Shown piece by piece: positions 16,819-24,680 of a stretch of DNA of 42,903 bases (position 1 is the first letter of the stretch; each line of letters opens with the position of its first letter). A program made the position numbers and the translations under genes. The stretch is from a virus: IMG/VR virus record IMGVR_UViG_3300045988_034633. One strand, written 5' to 3'. The notes under the pieces were generated by a model. It was given only the letters and a program-made list of their open reading frames with translations, did no database searches and had not been told where the DNA came from.

Positions 16819-17022
16819 GTGCCTGAACCATGGACCGGAAGACTGATTGGCCGAATGCACAACAACGAAGTCACGCTGGACCAGCTTGCAGAACGTCTGG
16901 GATGGACGAAGAGCTATTGCTCGATGATCCTGAACAGCAAGCGCAAGCCGCGCGGCATCCGTGAAAAGATGGAAACTGCCGTCAGCGAGATCATCAAGGA
17001 AAAGGAGGACAAAACGGCATGA
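16819..17022 (+). CDS. Cro-like small HTH protein (GTG start)
   Basis: RBS gggaggtgg. VTLDQLAERLGWTKSYCSMILNSKRKP. Confidence 0.55.
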   Translation: MPEPWTGRLIGRMHNNEVTLDQLAERLGWTKSYCSMILNSKRKPRGIREKMETAVSEIIKEKEDKTA

Positions 17023-17822
17023 GCGAATTAAACAATCTCATCCCCATTAGCTACGATAACCCGGAGCGCCCCACTGTGAGCGGCCGGGAGCTGCACGAGT
17101 TTCTTGGTGTCAAATCCAGATATAATGACTGGTTTAACAACATGACTGCCTACGGATTTGCCGAAAATGTCGATTATGTGTCGCTTACTAAAAATTTAGT
17201 AAACGGTGGACGCAGCACCGACCACCAGCTGACCATCCCAATGGCCAAAGAGCTGTGCATGATCCAGCGCAACGAGCGTGGCAAGCAGGCCCGGCAGTAT
17301 TTCTTGGCCGTGGAGGCGCAGTGGAACAGCCCGGAAGCGGTCATGCGCCGTGCGGTGCTCATTGCAGACTGCAAAGTGAAAGAGCTGCAAAGCGTGAACC
17401 GCAGCCTGCTGGCCGAGAACAGCGACCTGAAGCCGGATGCAGAGTATGCCCGGGCGGTGTGCGTGGGCAAGAACTGCCGCACCACTACCAGCCTTGCCAA
17501 GGATTACGGCCTGAGCGCCGAGAAACTCAACAGCATCCTTCACGGCCTGAAGATCCAGTACAAGACCAGCGACGGGCAGTGGGTGTTATACGCAAAGTAT
17601 AGCGGCAAAGGTTACACCAAAAACCGCAAATCCACGCCGTTCCAGCACAAGAGCACCGGCGAGTGGGACACCAAGAACACCACCGTATGGACGGAAGCGG
17701 GCCAGCGGTTCATTTATGAGCAGCTCAAGGCCGTGGGAATGCTGCCCAGCGTGGAGCGCAAGCAGAGTGTGGAGCAGATGGAGCTTGCCGCCCGCCGGCA
17801 CAACCAGGACGGGGTGGCGTAA
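17019..17822 (+). CDS. ant: Antirepressor (AntA-like N-domain + KilAC/ANT C-domain)
   Basis: SGRELHEFLGVKSRYNDWF...QLTIPMAKELCMIQRNERGKQARQYF and a C-terminal KilAC-like segment. Confidence 0.8.
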   Translation: MSELNNLIPISYDNPERPTVSGRELHEFLGVKSRYNDWFNNMTAYGFAENVDYVSLTKNLVNGGRSTDHQLTIPMAKELCMIQRNERGKQARQYFLAVEAQWNSPEAVMRRAVLIADCKVKELQSVNRSLLAENSDLKPDAEYARAVCVGKNCRTTTSLAKDYGLSAEKLNSILHGLKIQYKTSDGQWVLYAKYSGKGYTKNRKSTPFQHKSTGEWDTKNTTVWTEAGQRFIYEQLKAVGMLPSVERKQSVEQMELAARRHNQDGVA

Positions 17823-17852
17823 GAACACAAACTTATTTTGGAGGTTACTATT

Positions 17853-18485
17853 ATGAAAAAGCTGCATGTGAAAGCTACGTTTATTGAGCCGGTGCTTGGC
17901 ACATGGCCCGCAAACTCCAATGTGGCCCGCGATTTCATCGCCAGCAAGTCGCCGGATGCTGCAACCATCGAGGATGAAGTGGCGGCTCTTGGCCCTGATG
18001 CGGTAGCCGACAAGGGCATGACCGTTTTCCCGCGTGACCCGGACGGCAATCCGATCTTTTACGATTACCAGATCAAAGGCATGTTTAAGGATGCTTGCGG
18101 TATGCTTTCCCGCATCGGCGGCAAGACCGAGACCGGCAAGAAGAAGGCCTTGAACGAAAGCGGCAAGCTGACTGCTTACAAGAAGGTCATTGACGGCCTG
18201 ATCTTTGTCCAGCCCCGCATGATTTCCATTCATGTGAACGGCGAGATTACCGACTGCCAGCGTCCGCTGCGTGCCCAGACCGCACAGGGAGAGCGCGTGA
18301 GCCTTGTGAACTCAGAGGAGATCCCTGCTGGCAGCACCTGCGAGTTTGACGTAACCCTCCTTGACGACAGCCACGAAAAGGTTGTGCGTGAGTGGCTGGA
18401 TTATGGCATTCTGCGCGGCATCGGCCAGTGGCGCAACAGCGGAAAGGGCCGCTTTACTTACATCGCCTATGAGGTGAAAGCCTGA
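17853..18485 (+). CDS. Cas7/RAMP-like protein (tentative), otherwise hypothetical
   Basis: RBS ggaggt. PIFYDYQIKGMFKDACGML, GLIFVQPRMIS and C-terminal RGIGQWRNSGKGRF (G-h-G-x5-G-x-G) resemble Csm3/Cmr4-type RAMP motifs. Confidence 0.35.
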   Translation: MKKLHVKATFIEPVLGTWPANSNVARDFIASKSPDAATIEDEVAALGPDAVADKGMTVFPRDPDGNPIFYDYQIKGMFKDACGMLSRIGGKTETGKKKALNESGKLTAYKKVIDGLIFVQPRMISIHVNGEITDCQRPLRAQTAQGERVSLVNSEEIPAGSTCEFDVTLLDDSHEKVVREWLDYGILRGIGQWRNSGKGRFTYIAYEVKA

Positions 18486-19030
18486 GAGCAAGGGCATGGC
18501 ATTGACGGCCCTGATTCGCGGAGGCGATGCGCGGCTTGGCAATGGCAAGGCTGAGTTCGATTGGCCGTGCGATGGCGGTGCAGCTCGAGGCGTGGCAAAG
18601 GAATTGAGTGGCAAGGCGTGGTTTGGCGAAGCAAGGCGCAGAATTGCGACGGAAAAGCTCTGCATTGAGTTGCAAAGGCAGAGCAAGGCGAAGAAATGCC
18701 CCGCAACGGCAAAGCTTGGCATTGACATGCTTAGCAACGGCAAAGCACAGTGAAAAATAGCATAGAAACGTTCGGAGCAGTGTACAGCAAAGGCAAAGGC
18801 TATGAGGTGAACTGCTGTGCAGTGGCACTGAGAAGCACAGACAGGCAAGGCAAAGGCGGAGCAGAGCATGGCGGTGCGAAGGAATGGCAGAGAAAAGCGC
18901 TGATGTGATTTGCGAAGGAAAAGTGGTGCACCGTAACGATTCGCTGCGGCAAGGTTTTGCTTCGGATGCATTGGCATGGCAGCGCGACACACTGCGACGG
19001 CAAAGCAAAGAGAAGGCGTTTTATTAAACA
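18486..19030 (+). repeat. Purine-rich degenerate repeat region (GCAA[AG]G array); coding status unclear
   Basis: I count 16 GCAA[AG]G hexamers. For example, 46 of 60 nt are purines in 18841-18900. ORFs are open in several frames on both strands. Confidence 0.6.
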
Positions 19031-19054
19031 TTTTATTAAAAGGAGTGAACGAGC

Positions 19055-19297
19055 ATGAAAAAAGTTATTGTTGGCGTAGCGTCCGTATTGGCAAGCGCTT
19101 TGCTGATGGCCGGATGCAATAAGCAGGTCATCGACCTGACCTATGAATACAGCTGGGCACAGCTGAAAATGCCCGACGGAACGATTGTCGAGGGGAAATT
19201 GAACAGTTGGGACGATTACGAGGGCGACCAGCTGCAAGTGAAGATTGACGGCGTGACATATCTGGTTCATTCGTCCAATGTTGTGCTGCGACATTGA
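19055..19297 (+). CDS. Small lipoprotein
   Basis: RBS aaaggag. Signal peptide with lipobox LLMAGC. Confidence 0.7.
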   Translation: MKKVIVGVASVLASALLMAGCNKQVIDLTYEYSWAQLKMPDGTIVEGKLNSWDDYEGDQLQVKIDGVTYLVHSSNVVLRH

Positions 19298-19317
19298 TAG
19301 AAAGGAGGACACCACCC

Positions 19318-20295
19318 ATGAGTGAAAAGATCATCGCCTACAAGGCCATGGACAAAAATATGCAGTGCCGTGGCAAGCAGTATGAGGTGGGCAAGACATA
19401 CACAGAGCCGGAGGCAGACTGCTGCCACGCTGGTATGCATGCCTGCGAGAACCCACTGGACGTGCTGCGCTACTACCCGCTGAAGGATAGCTCGCGCTTT
19501 TTTGAGGTCGAGTGCGGCGGGAACGTGGATAAAAGCGAAAATGGCAGTAAACTTGCCTGCACTGAGCTGACGGTGAAAGGCGAGGTGAATTTTGCAGGGC
19601 TGGTAAAAGCTACAGTGGTGAATGCCGTTTTTAATCGGGTGAAGGGCAAAGAACCTTTTTCCGGCGGCGATTACAGCACGGCGGGGTCCAGCGGCAATTC
19701 CAGCACGGCGGGTTCCAGCGGCGATTACAGCACGGCGGGGTCCAGCGGCGATTCCAGCACCGCGGGTTCCAGCGGCGATTCCAGCACCGCGGGTTCCAGC
19801 GGCGATTCCAGCACCGCGGGTTCCAGCGGCGATTCCAGCACGGCGGGTTCCAGCGGCGATTACAGCACCGCGGGGTCCAGCGGCTATTCCAGCACCGCGG
19901 GTTCCAGCGGCGATTACAGCACGGCGGGGTCCAGCGGCGATTCCAGCACCGCGGGTTCCAGCGGCGATTACAGCACGGCGGGTTCCAGCGGCGATTCCAG
20001 CACCGCGGGTTCCAGCGGCGATTACAGCACGGCGGGGTCCAGCGGCGATTCCAGCACCGCGGCAGCCACTGGGGCTTATTGCAACGCAAAAGCAGACGGA
20101 AAAGATAGCATTGCCGTTGTAAACGGTGCTTGCGGTAAGGCGCGCGGCGCACTGGGCTGCTATCTTGTGCTGACCGAGTACGACGATGACGGCCGCATGA
20201 TCTGTGCCAAAATGGCCCGCGTGGATGGTTCTGCCATCAGAGAAAGCGTTTACTATACCCTCAAAAATGGCGAGTTTGTGGAGGCCGAGCCATGA
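19318..20295 (+). CDS. Repeat protein: conserved N-domain + 15 x 9-aa SGD(Y/S)STAGS repeats + C-domain
   Basis: RBS aaggagga. The N-domain YKAMDKNMQCRGKQYEVGKTY...CHAGMHACENPLDVLRYY is of a type I recall as DUF7666-like (unverified). Confidence 0.6.
   Translation: MSEKIIAYKAMDKNMQCRGKQYEVGKTYTEPEADCCHAGMHACENPLDVLRYYPLKDSSRFFEVECGGNVDKSENGSKLACTELTVKGEVNFAGLVKATVVNAVFNRVKGKEPFSGGDYSTAGSSGNSSTAGSSGDYSTAGSSGDSSTAGSSGDSSTAGSSGDSSTAGSSGDSSTAGSSGDYSTAGSSGYSSTAGSSGDYSTAGSSGDSSTAGSSGDYSTAGSSGDSSTAGSSGDYSTAGSSGDSSTAAATGAYCNAKADGKDSIAVVNGACGKARGALGCYLVLTEYDDDGRMICAKMARVDGSAIRESVYYTLKNGEFVEAEP
19666..20063 (+). repeat. 27-bp tandem repeat, 14 full units plus a partial unit (in-frame, coding)
   Basis: ggcgattacagcacggcggggtccagc units with few substitutions. 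Confidence 0.9.
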
Positions 20296-20459
20296 GGAAG
20301 CATTACAGCAAGCGCTGGCTTGAACAGCGCTGGGATGCAAGGCGGCCGGAACGGTTGGAGCATATCCAGATGAAGCGGCAGCTGAGAGAAAAAAAGGAGG
20401 GATGCGGCAGTGATGAAGCCGAGCATGGGAATTGCAGAGTGCTGCCAGATCATGCGTGA
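20292..20459 (+). CDS. Small basic ORF (55 aa), uncertain
   Basis: ATGA overlap with the upstream stop. My own translation is MRKHYSKRWLEQRWDARRPERLEHIQMKRQL... It overlaps the next gene's start. Confidence 0.25.
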   Translation: MRKHYSKRWLEQRWDARRPERLEHIQMKRQLREKKEGCGSDEAEHGNCRVLPDHA

Positions 20460-20646
20460 TAACAACATTTCGGTGAGCGAGCCAATTTTTACTGGCATGA
20501 TTCAGGCCGGCAGCTTCCCGGCATGGTCGGTGCCGTCTATTGACACCAAAAGCGCTGCCCCTCTGATCTCCCGCGCCGGATTTATGGCGTGGGTGAAGGA
20601 CTTTTACAAACTTGAAAAGGTTTACACAAAGGAGGATCCCAAATGA
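20410..20646 (+). CDS. Hypothetical protein
   Basis: RBS aaggaggg 8 nt before the GTG at 20410. Confidence 0.5.
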   Translation: MMKPSMGIAECCQIMRDNNISVSEPIFTGMIQAGSFPAWSVPSIDTKSAAPLISRAGFMAWVKDFYKLEKVYTKEDPK

Positions 20647-20927
20647 AGATCAAATCCACTGTTTTGCACATCCTGGCCGCTGGCTGCGGCTGCTTGGGCC
20701 TGCTGTACGGCATGGGGCTGGAGGGCAACGCACAGGTGGGGGCACCCATCACAGACGGCCAGTTTATTACTGCCATGGTGCTGATCCTGGCAGCCATGGC
20801 CCTGATGCGGCTGGGCTTTGCGGCAGAGGACAGGGAGAGAGCCGCAAAGCGGCGCAAGTATGGCAAGATTAACCGCACCCACGCCCGTAACCCGGAGTAT
20901 CCGGAGAATCAGGAGCGTGGGGCATGA
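20643..20927 (+). CDS. Membrane protein (2 TM segments)
   Basis: RBS aaggagga. Two hydrophobic segments. Confidence 0.55.
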   Translation: MKIKSTVLHILAAGCGCLGLLYGMGLEGNAQVGAPITDGQFITAMVLILAAMALMRLGFAAEDRERAAKRRKYGKINRTHARNPEYPENQERGA

Positions 20928-21133
20928 TGACGGCCAAAGAATACGTTGAGGACAAAGTCAAATCTTACACGCGTCTTGCCAAACGCTGTTGGCGAAAAGC
21001 CGAAGCCTCAGACGATATTGTTGTCCGGGCTGAATACTCCGCGCGGGCAAATGTCTGGGAGATGTGCGCCGAAGAAATGGACAATGTGCGGGAGATGCTG
21101 CAAGAGGAATCCGGGGAGATCACGTATGCCTGA
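20924..21133 (+). CDS. Hypothetical protein
   Basis: Overlapping start/stop (ATGATGA). 69 aa. Confidence 0.5.
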   Translation: MMTAKEYVEDKVKSYTRLAKRCWRKAEASDDIVVRAEYSARANVWEMCAEEMDNVREMLQEESGEITYA

Positions 21134-21449
21134 CACTGTCCACCATGTCATGTGGTACACCGTGTACGATGCAAAAAAGAAGAGCCTGCCCGTGCGCCAA
21201 CACGGACAAGCCCAAAGGGTGATGAGTCTCGCCGACCATCACCACAAAAATAGCACAAAACAGGAGGTTTTACAAGTGGCGCTTTTAAGAATTTACGATG
21301 TGGGGCAAGAGCCGCCAGCGCTTGTTTCGCAGCAGCAATTTCCGGTTACTTCGGATGCAATTGTGATTGCCGATGAACTGGCAAAGAGAAAGCCCGAACG
21401 GCTGTACAAGGTGTTTGACGCCGATATGAACGTTGTGTATGCGAGGTGA
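21126..21449 (+). CDS. Hypothetical protein
   Basis: The ATG at 21126 overlaps the upstream gene end. 107 aa. Confidence 0.45.
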   Translation: MPDTVHHVMWYTVYDAKKKSLPVRQHGQAQRVMSLADHHHKNSTKQEVLQVALLRIYDVGQEPPALVSQQQFPVTSDAIVIADELAKRKPERLYKVFDADMNVVYAR

Positions 21450-21455
21450 ATATTT

Positions 21456-22094
21456 ATGCAAGACGAAAGCAAGAAGCACATTGCCAAGCGCGAACGCATC
21501 AAAGATCTTTCAAACAAGGCGGAGGGGATTTACTACTACATTGGCCCGCAGCACATGCTCTTCCGGCTTATCAACGCAGGAAATGAGTTGGCGAGCGAAA
21601 TCAACCACGCCGTCGCTTACTTTACAGCTTTTGCCCAGAGCGGGACGCTGTACGATGACGGTGCGGGTGGAAGCCGGTCTGTCATTGATTGCATTTACCG
21701 TAAGGTAGGAAGCTTGATGTGCGATATCGACATCATTCATGCCGCAGCCGGCGCGGAGATCATGCCGGAGCCTTTCGATAGCATCGACCGTTGCTATGGT
21801 ATTGAGTATCATTTTCTGTTGCGCGAAGCGGTTATAAAAGGACTACCTTCTGACTACAAAGGCCCACATCAAAATCCATATGTCGTAAATGTGGTCAGGC
21901 CATCCGTTGCTTACGATGTCAATTCATACAGAGACGCTTACGACGATGATTTCTTTGACAATTTCACCCGTGAAGAAGAGGCTCGCGATCGAAAAATCGT
22001 GTTTCACTGCACAAAATCCGACCTCTACGCTATTAAGCGCTATGCACATATCATCGATGTAAAATACACTGAGGAGGAAATTCATCATGCCTGA
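21456..22094 (+). CDS. Hypothetical protein
   Basis: RBS gaggtga. 212 aa, immediately upstream of RecT. Confidence 0.55.
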   Translation: MQDESKKHIAKRERIKDLSNKAEGIYYYIGPQHMLFRLINAGNELASEINHAVAYFTAFAQSGTLYDDGAGGSRSVIDCIYRKVGSLMCDIDIIHAAAGAEIMPEPFDSIDRCYGIEYHFLLREAVIKGLPSDYKGPHQNPYVVNVVRPSVAYDVNSYRDAYDDDFFDNFTREEEARDRKIVFHCTKSDLYAIKRYAHIIDVKYTEEEIHHA

Positions 22095-22794
22095 GACCAA
22101 AAACGAAAAGACTCCCGTTGAAATGCTTCAGAATCCCGCTCCTGCAGCAGAAACGATTGCCGCTGCTCCCGCTGCTCCCGCTGCTCCCACTGCGGCGCTG
22201 GCACAGCGCCCGCAGAGTTACGCGGAAAAGGTGCAGGGCTTGACCGCCGATGAGCGAATCTGGCAGCTCGCGAAGTCCAAGGCAGTCGCGATGGCGAACC
22301 TGCCGGACGGGATGCTCCCGCAGACATACGCCGGGAACATTGGCGCTTGCGCTATTGCCTGTGACATGGCCCAGCGCATGGGCGTATCGTATCTGTTCGT
22401 TATGCAGAATTTGTATGTCGTTTATGGCCAGCCCACATGGAGCGGCAAGAGCTGCAAGGCGCTGATCGACAACAGCGGCGAGTTTGCCGGGCGCACCCGC
22501 TACCGCATGGAAGGACAGGAAGGAACGGATAGCTGGGGCTGCCGTCTGATCGGTGTAGACAAGCTCACCGGTGAAAAGGTCGAAGGCCCAAAAGTCACTG
22601 TCAAGATGGCGAAAGACGCCGGGTGGTGGAGCAAGAATGGCAGCTACTGGCCCAAGATGACCGAAATGATGCTCAAGTACCGCGCCGCCGCCTATTTTGC
22701 CCGCGCCGAGTGCCCGGAAGTGCTGATGGGCGCAAACATCGACTATGAATCCGGCACAGGTGATAGTGCTGAGGAAGAGGCGCGGCATGCTTAA
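22087..22794 (+). CDS. recT: RecT-family single-strand annealing protein
   Basis: RBS gaggagga. ...MGVSYLFVMQNLYVVYGQPTWSGKSCKALIDNSG...WPKMTEMMLKYRAAAYFAR pattern. Confidence 0.7.
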   Translation: MPETKNEKTPVEMLQNPAPAAETIAAAPAAPAAPTAALAQRPQSYAEKVQGLTADERIWQLAKSKAVAMANLPDGMLPQTYAGNIGACAIACDMAQRMGVSYLFVMQNLYVVYGQPTWSGKSCKALIDNSGEFAGRTRYRMEGQEGTDSWGCRLIGVDKLTGEKVEGPKVTVKMAKDAGWWSKNGSYWPKMTEMMLKYRAAAYFARAECPEVLMGANIDYESGTGDSAEEEARHA

Positions 22795-23266
22795 CGTTGT
22801 AGCGATCATGGGCCGGTTGGTTGCCGACCCGGAACTCAAGACCACCCAGCAGGGCACCAGCGTCTGCCGCTTCCGCATTGCCTGTGACCGCAACTTTTCC
22901 CGGCAGGGCGAGCAGCGGCAGGCAGACTTTATCGATATCGTGGCATGGCGTGCACAGGCCGAGTTTGTGTGCAAGTATTTCCAGAAGGGCAGCCTGATTG
23001 CCATTGAAGGCAACCTGCAGACCCGTCAGTATCAGGACAAGAACGGCAGCAACCGCACCGCCGTGGAGGTCGTGACCAGCAATGTGAGCTTTGCGGGCTC
23101 CAAGACGGCAGACAAGCCTGCCACGGCGTCCTACGAGCAACAGACGGCAAATCATGTGCGGGAAGCAAACGCCGCGCACAGTGCCCTGCCGGCGGCTCCC
23201 TCGTATGAGCAGGGAAATATGGACGACTTTGCCACGATCCCGGACGATGGAGATCTCCCCTTCTGA
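22787..23266 (+). CDS. ssb: Single-stranded DNA-binding protein
   Basis: OB-fold pattern MLNVVAIMGRLVADPELK...ADFIDIVAWR and an acidic tail DDGDLPF. Confidence 0.9.
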   Translation: MLNVVAIMGRLVADPELKTTQQGTSVCRFRIACDRNFSRQGEQRQADFIDIVAWRAQAEFVCKYFQKGSLIAIEGNLQTRQYQDKNGSNRTAVEVVTSNVSFAGSKTADKPATASYEQQTANHVREANAAHSALPAAPSYEQGNMDDFATIPDDGDLPF

Positions 23267-23322
23267 TTTCGCAAGCTGCGCTATCTGGCTATACGGGCTG
23301 GCAAAGAAGGAGGTGAAAGCGG

Positions 23323-24114
23323 TTGAAAGAGGAAGAACAGAAAAGCATAGTCATTTACAAATCATGGAAAAAGCCGTTGCGGAAATTGTCTCTGGAGCAA
23401 AAAGGCAGGATTTTTGACGCGCTGCTTGATTTCCCCGATATGCCGAATTTTGAGGACGACCAGAAGCTCGAAATGGCGTGGGATTTTATGTCCGAGGCGG
23501 TGGAATCAAATTCTAAAAAATGGAACGAAAGACGAGAAAAGAGAGCTGCTGCAGGGCGTAAAGGCGCAGAAGTTACAAACGGCAAGCGTCAGCAAAACGC
23601 GGCAAATCCGGCAAATGCCGACTTTGACGAGCAAAAACAGCAAAACGCGGCAAATCCAGCTGTAAATGGTAATGGTAATGTAAATGGTAATGGTAATGTA
23701 AATGGTAATGGTAATGTAAATGGTAATGGTATATCACCTAACGGTGGTGTATATAATAGCGCCGCCGCCGTTGACGTAGAACTTTCCAAGATCGTCCAAC
23801 ATTATCAGCAGGCCGTTGGGGACTTCCCGCGCTCTGCACTGGACAAGCTGCAGAAGTGGAGGCAGGAGTACAGCACAGAGATGATCTTGCTGGCGATTGA
23901 CAAATCCACAGAAGCCGGAAAGCGCTCGTGGAGTTACATCAACGGCATATTGTCCGGGTGGAAGCGGGACGGACTGCGCACGCCGGGGGACGTGGAAGCC
24001 AACGAACAAAGCCGACAAGCCAGGCCGCGAGGCAAGCAGCCAACCGAGACCGTAGACGACCAGCTTGCCCGGGTGCTGGCGAAGATGGACAGAGAAAGAG
24101 GGTTTGAGACATGA
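23323..24114 (+). CDS. Replisome organizer / DnaD-domain replication initiator (TTG start)
   Basis: RBS gaaggaggtg. The C-terminal ...RSWSYINGILSGWKRDGLRTPGDV is DnaD-like. The central linker is low complexity. Confidence 0.7.
   Translation: MKEEEQKSIVIYKSWKKPLRKLSLEQKGRIFDALLDFPDMPNFEDDQKLEMAWDFMSEAVESNSKKWNERREKRAAAGRKGAEVTNGKRQQNAANPANADFDEQKQQNAANPAVNGNGNVNGNGNVNGNGNVNGNGISPNGGVYNSAAAVDVELSKIVQHYQQAVGDFPRSALDKLQKWRQEYSTEMILLAIDKSTEAGKRSWSYINGILSGWKRDGLRTPGDVEANEQSRQARPRGKQPTETVDDQLARVLAKMDRERGFET
23590..23730 (+). repeat. Iteron-like repeats inside the initiator gene
   Basis: 20-bp direct repeat cagcaaaacgcggcaaatcc at 23590-23609 and 23638-23657, followed by the 18-bp unit gtaaatggtaatggtaat x about 3.8 (23662-23730). 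Confidence 0.85.
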
Positions 24115-24680
24115 CGCGGGAAGACGTGGCAAAGCTGATCCGCATGAATTTTGTGCTGTACAAGCTGGGTTCCAAGCCTCTGACCGATGAGGAGATGCAG
24201 ACCACCATCGATGTGTGGACGTACCAGTTTGGCGACTATGACGGCGATACTGTCAAGCGGGCTTTTCTGGCGGCGAACCGGGTATGCGTTTATCCGGTCA
24301 CGGTGGCAGATATCTTCAAGCAGCTTTCCCAGTGTCTTGACCCGTCCGCTGAGTGGGAAGCTCTGGCTGTAGCGGCACGCAAGGCACAGACATTTTTGAG
24401 CTGGCGCAAGTTCCCGATGGTGACCGGGATTGACGAAAAGGGCGGGCTGCTGCGTAGTGACGGACAGAAAGAGCTGCAAGCCCTGTATGACCAACTTCCC
24501 CCGGCGGCAAAATCCTATGCCGGGAGCGTGGGAGGGCTTGCAGAGCTGGCTGAAATGCCAGACCTTACATACCGCCGTGCCGAGTTTTTGAAGCAGGCGC
24601 AGGCAGATATCACCACCGCCCCGCGTGAAGCTGCAAGGCTGCGGGCGAGCGAGCCGACAAGGAAGGAAATTGAAAAATGA
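24111..24680 (+). CDS. Helicase loader-like protein (G39P-like)
   Basis: ATGA overlap. N-terminal pattern ...IDVWTYQFGDYDGDTVKRAFLAANRVCVYPVTVADI resembles the SPP1 G39P family. Confidence 0.5.
   Translation: MTREDVAKLIRMNFVLYKLGSKPLTDEEMQTTIDVWTYQFGDYDGDTVKRAFLAANRVCVYPVTVADIFKQLSQCLDPSAEWEALAVAARKAQTFLSWRKFPMVTGIDEKGGLLRSDGQKELQALYDQLPPAAKSYAGSVGGLAELAEMPDLTYRRAEFLKQAQADITTAPREAARLRASEPTRKEIEK

Noticed and set aside
18312-19031. Three overlapping minus-strand ORFs (18312-19031, 18454-19008, 18467-18712)
   Set aside because: Multiple simultaneously open frames reflect the scarcity of TTA/CTA/TCA on the purine-rich + strand. One of them also overlaps the 3' end of the 17853-18485 gene.
19666-20063. 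A possible CRISPR array, given regular 27-bp repeats
   Set aside because: The units are contiguous with no spacers. They are in-frame within a 325-aa ORF and encode a 9-aa peptide repeat.
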